Source of the DNA: Tubulanus polymorphus
Lineage: Eukaryota > Animalia > Nemertea
Assembly (NCBI RefSeq): GCF_964204645.1
Contig: NC_134029.1
Coordinates: 1,984,001 to 2,048,000, forward strand
Direction of reading: 5' to 3'
Length of the DNA stretch: 64,000 nucleotides
This document shows, piece after piece, positions 60,101 to 64,000 of the stretch (its first letter is position 1; each line of letters opens with the position of its first letter). The notes under the pieces are model-generated. The model searched no databases. It was not told the origin of the DNA and saw nothing but the letters and a program-made list of their open reading frames with translations. The translations under genes were made by a program, and so were the position numbers.

Positions 60101-63100
60101 AGATTAAGAAGTTCAAGCGTGGATGTCGTGTTGTCTGTCGATGTAGACCTTGTAGACGTGCTCGCTGTCCATCTAAACGTCACTGCGGTTATCGTGGCTT
60201 CATCAAGAAATATAACAAACATGGTTGTCGTAAGACCTGCAGATGCAAACGTAAGATTTACATTACAATGATAACATTAAATTCATAGAAATTGAAATTC
60301 AGCAATTCCATTCTATCGAATAATAAATCTTTTTCAGCATGCAGACCCGCACCATGCCCAAGAAGATGTCACTGGGGACGAATCAAGAAATACAGATACA
60401 GATGCCGCTATAGCTGTAAATGCAGACCATGTAGACCAGCTAAATGTCCACGTGTTTGTCATTGGGGCAAGATCAAGAAGCGTCGACATGGATGTATTAG
60501 AAGCTGTATTTGCAAACGTACGTTTTTATTATTTACATAGGTTGGCTAGATTATGTTTCAGAATATTCTCAAATGCCTTTTTTATTTCACAGCTTGCAGT
60601 CCAGCCCGTTGTCCAAGGTCCTGCAGATATGGTAAGATTAAGAAGTTCAGGCACAATTGTCGCGTCAGATGTAAATGCAGACCATGTAGAATGGCAAAGT
60701 GCCCATCTCGAAGACACTGCGGATATCGCGGATTCATCAAGAAACACAACAAGCATGGATGTCGCAGGAGCTGTAGGTGCAAACGTAAGTTACCCCTTAA
60801 AAATCGGTTCACGAATATTTGAATTGTGAAAGTAAATTTATTCCAAGTATCGATTATTATTCTTCAAGCATGCCGCCCCGCTCGTTGCCCACGTCACTGT
60901 AACTGGGGAATCAAAAAGAAATCAAGATATGGATGTCGCTATAGCTGTACATGTAAACGTATGTTTCACATATTTGTTTGAATATCATATTAGTTTAAAT
61001 GAATACATCGGTGAGTTGCTTTAATAATATCGGATTTCGTTTTACTAGCATGCAGACCAGCTTCCTGTCCAAAGCATTGCATCTTGGGACGTATCAAGAA
61101 GTTTAGACATAAATGTCGCGTGAGTTGTAGATGCAAACCATGCAGACCGGCCAGGTGTCCAAAATTCTGTCCATGGGGAAAGATAAAAAGACGTAGACAT
61201 GGATGCCTGCGAAGCTGTAAATGCAAACGTAAGAATATTTTTTCTTTCAGTGACCAATCAGAAACTTTATTCAATAGTATTTACTTCATTCATGTACGTT
61301 ATATTGCAGATTGCAAGCCGGCCCGCTGTCCAAGAGGCTGTAAATATGGCAAGATCAAGAAACATAAATACAAATGTCGCATCGGCTGTAAATGCAGACC
61401 ATGTAGAATGGCGAAATGTCCATCGAGACGTGCTTGTGGTTATCGTGGATACATAAAAAGATACAACAGGCATGGATGCCGAAAAGGTTGCAAATGCAAA
61501 CGTACGTTTTAAGTGTACTTTCAGAAAATCGACGTAATAAACAAAAGCTTTTCTAATGTATTGTTTTGTATGTCTATGTTCAGTGCAGTAAATTAGAACG
61601 ATATATTTCATATTTCAGCTTGCCGACCAGCTCGCTGTCCACGTCACTGCTCGTTTGGTCGTATAAAAAAATACAGATACAGATGTCGCTATAGTTGCCG
61701 ATGCAAACGTGAGTAATGTTATTTTCAAAGAGATGATCGATTAATTTCTTCTCCCAACTGCAAAAGAGAGATAAATTTCCAAAATATTTCTTTCCCTCAA
61801 GCATGCAAACCGGCTCGATGTCCACGCGTTTGTCACTGGGGAATGAGGAAGAAACACAGACGTAACTGTCGAATCAGTTGTCGCTGTCGACCATGCAGGC
61901 CAGTTCGATGTCCACGTCGTTGCCACTGGGGCAGGATCAAGAAACGCAGACACGGTTGTTTGAGACTCTGCAAATGCAAACGTAATGAGTTTTATCAGTT
62001 TGGCTTATATTGAGAGGTATCACATGCATTTAGATTTCTTTCTAAGGATCATGAATTGTTTTTCAGCATGTAAACCGGCAAGTTGTCCAAAACGATGTAG
62101 ATATGGTAAAATCAAGAAGTTCAAGCACAACTGTCGCATCAGCTGCAGATGCAGACCATGTAGAATGGCCAAGTGTCCATCCAAACGTCACTGTGGTTAC
62201 CGTGGATTCGTAAGAAAATACAACAAACATGGATGCCGCAGAAGTTGCAAATGCAAACGTGTGTACATAATCAAGAACATCGGATAGACGTGTCGATTGC
62301 AAAGTCATTGCCACTTATTGATAGATTAGATCTAAGAAATCGTTTTCTGCATGTTGATCATTTTTATTTTACAGCGTGTAGACCAGCTCGCTGTCCTAGA
62401 CGATGTCATTGGGGACATGTCAAAAAATTCAGATACAGATGTCGTTACAGTTGTACATGTAAATCATGTAACGCAGCTAAATGTCCACGTCGCTGCGCAT
62501 TCGGAAAGATAATGAAACGCAGACATGGTTGTCTCAGAAGTTGCCGCTGTAGACGTAAGTTTTTTTTACGATGCGTTATTTATTTGCGATTTTTTAAAGT
62601 GGGACAATTCCATTGAAATATATCATAGAATGTGATAACTATATACTTTGTTTTAATTCCATTTGACAGCATGTGCTGATGTAAGAAAGTCATGTCCGCG
62701 CCTCTGTAAACATGGTGTTATCCGTAAACGTAGACATGGCTGCCAGGTCGGATGTAAATGCAGACAATGCAGACCGGCATCATGTCCCAAAGTGTGTCAT
62801 TGGGGACGTATCAAGAAATTCAAACGAAAATGTCGCATCAGTTGTAGATGTAAACCATGTAGACCAGCACGCTGTCCCAAATTCTGTCCGTTTGGAAAGA
62901 TCAAGATAAGAAAACATGGTTGCCTGAGGAAATGCAAATGCAAACGTAATTAATATTCTAATAGTCCTATTATCAATAAGCGGGCCGGCTTTTTTGTAAC
63001 TATAACACCGTAATAATTTCCCAATGATACTGATATTTACTTACTCTTATCAGCATGCAAGCGTGATAGATGTCCGAAAAGATGTCCTCATGGTGTCAAG

Positions 63101-63920
63101 AAAATCTTTAAATTCAAATGCCGTGTTAGATGCAGATGCAAAGGTTCGTGCAATATTTTTCGAACACATACTTGATTGATAGTCATGAAGATACGAAATA
63201 TGTTATTGAATAATCGGTTTCATTACTGATAGAGTGTAAACCAGCCCAATGTCCAAGACGATGTAAATATGGCAAAATTAAGAAATACAGACGCCACTGC
63301 AGAATTAGTTGTAGATGTAGACCATGTAGAATGGCCAAATGTCCATCTAGACGTCACTGCGGTTACCGTGGATTCATTAAGAAATACAACAAACATGGAT
63401 GTCGCAGAAGTTGTAGATGCAAACGTAAGTTTCATTTGTGACTGGAAAGTGGTTGCATTAGAAGATAGATAGATGATAGTGATTGCTTTAATTGATGTTT
63501 GATATCAACATAGATCTTGTGCTTCAATTGTCGTTTGTACATTCATAGCATGTAGACCAGCTCCATGTCCAAGAAGATGTCATTGGGGCCGAATCAAGAA
63601 ATACCGACACAGATGCCGCTATAGCTGTAAATGTAAAATATGCAGACCAGCTAAATGTCCACGCCGATGCTACTGGGGGAAGATCATCAAACGCAGACAT
63701 GGATGCATCAGAAAATGTCAATGTAAAGAGTGTAAACCAGTCCGTTGTCCAAAATCATGTAGATATGGAAAGATCAAGAAATACAGACATAACTGTCGTG
63801 TCAGATGTAAATGTAGACCATGTAGAATGGCCAAATGTCCATCACGTCGTCACTGTGGATACCGTGGATTTATCAAGAAACACAACAGACATGGATGTCG
63901 CATCAGATGCAAGTGCAAAC
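42200..63920 (+). CDS. Giant secreted VWD-C8-TIL(-E/EGF-like) protein with ~114 cationic antistasin-like repeats and 3 Kunitz domains; 3'-incomplete, >4,000 aa in window
   Basis: Exon 1 42200-42296 signal peptide (MPMSRSLRPTGLILAILWIAAGQTYVEA); 42499-42743 and 42977-43290 VWD (CTASGDPHYLTFD...HGLCGNCNG); 43469-43755 C8; 43876-44081 TIL; 44203-44389 E/EGF-like (CICREGYVGNGLQC). Then ~75 phase-1 exons from 45044 to 63920, all frame-preserving where checked, no stops seen; the last exon ends in a donor (GTATGT). Confidence 0.9.
52407..52571 (+). CDS. Kunitz domain exon 1 (4 Cys) of the giant gene
   Basis: NCRDSKKIGPGRASISRWYYNRSLKDCKKFYWGGKRPNGNNFRSLKACRKEC; 165 nt, phase 1-1. Confidence 0.9.
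57397..57673. mobile_element. piggyBac-type MITE (277 bp) with TTAA target-site duplication, in an intron of the giant gene
   Basis: TTAA|CCTTGTCAGTGCT ... AGCACTAAGGG|TTAA; this intron is much longer than its neighbours. Confidence 0.65.
57961..58125 (+). CDS. Kunitz domain exon 2 (4 Cys)
   Basis: HPCKQPKKVGPGRARILRWYYNRSAKDCRKFHWGGAKANGNNFRSKRACRQRC; 165 nt. Confidence 0.9.
59798..59962 (+). CDS. Kunitz domain exon 3 (4 Cys)
   Basis: HPCSQAKKVGPGRARIPRWYYNHSVKDCKKFYWGGMKANGNNFKSLRACRKRC; 165 nt. Confidence 0.9.
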
Positions 63921-64000
63921 GTATGTGCCAATTACCTGGTCCATGGTTTTCCGTTTGTTCATCCACTTAAAACATGAAAAGGATTAATAAAAGATTTTTT

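Larger units (their letters stand above)
45044..63920 (+). repeat. Exon array of ~114 six-Cys modules (C-x4-C-x3-C-x10/11-C-x3-C-x-C and variants), 1-4 modules per exon
   Basis: E.g. CKPARCPRHCYWGRVKKFKHKCRISCKC; the first module CPEFKCYKKCRFGYVRNSRGCRQCRC has exact antistasin spacing. The count is manual and may be off by a few. Confidence 0.9.

Noticed and set aside
45044-63920. Polyprotein of small toxins/AMPs separated by KR dibasic sites (ORF track shows ...CKCKR at exon ends)
   Set aside because: The R comes from reading into the intron (C|GT). After splicing the junction is usually C-K-P-C, so there is no dedicated cleavage linker; release of single modules is unsupported, though not excluded.
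45044-63920. Cluster of many independent small Cys-rich genes (metallothioneins/defensins)
   Set aside because: Segments lack their own ATG, signal peptide and stop; all are bounded by AG/GT in phase 1 and join in frame to the VWD head.
50085-63977. Alternative-frame and antisense ORFs (VNVDHV..., LHLQL..., FTSTA...)
   Set aside because: Shadow frames of the repetitive Cys/Lys/Arg codons; they break at intron boundaries.

Overview
AT-rich eukaryotic (invertebrate, probably lophotrochozoan; organism is inference) genomic DNA with short GT-AG introns. Exons were reconstructed by hand from splice sites. Left to right: (1) FRMD3/FRMD5-like FERM gene on the minus strand (9 coding exons, 12666->4107, continuing off the left edge), with candidate frame-preserving micro-exons. 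(2) A repeat-rich block (~13.5-27.5 kb) with a divergently oriented, apparently spliced non-coding unit duplicated at ~2.7 kb period. It carries G-quadruplex-type tracts, complementary CAG and CTG tracts, a 182-bp inverted repeat, hairpin minisatellites, a degenerate hammerhead-ribozyme motif and a ~797-bp triplication. (3) A monofunctional secreted PAL amidating lyase (+). (4) SLC25A46 (-), head-to-head with (5) ADAL/MAPDA (+). (6) From 42200 to beyond the right edge, the stand-out feature: one giant secreted protein of ~81 exons and >4,000 aa within the window. Its architecture is signal peptide, VWD-C8-TIL-E/EGF-like head, then ~114 extremely cationic six-Cys antistasin-like modules (Pro at the position of the inhibitory P1 residue), interrupted by three two-disulfide (conkunitzin-like) Kunitz domains. 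It is a candidate novel polycationic disulfide-rich mucus/tube/adhesive/defence polymer.
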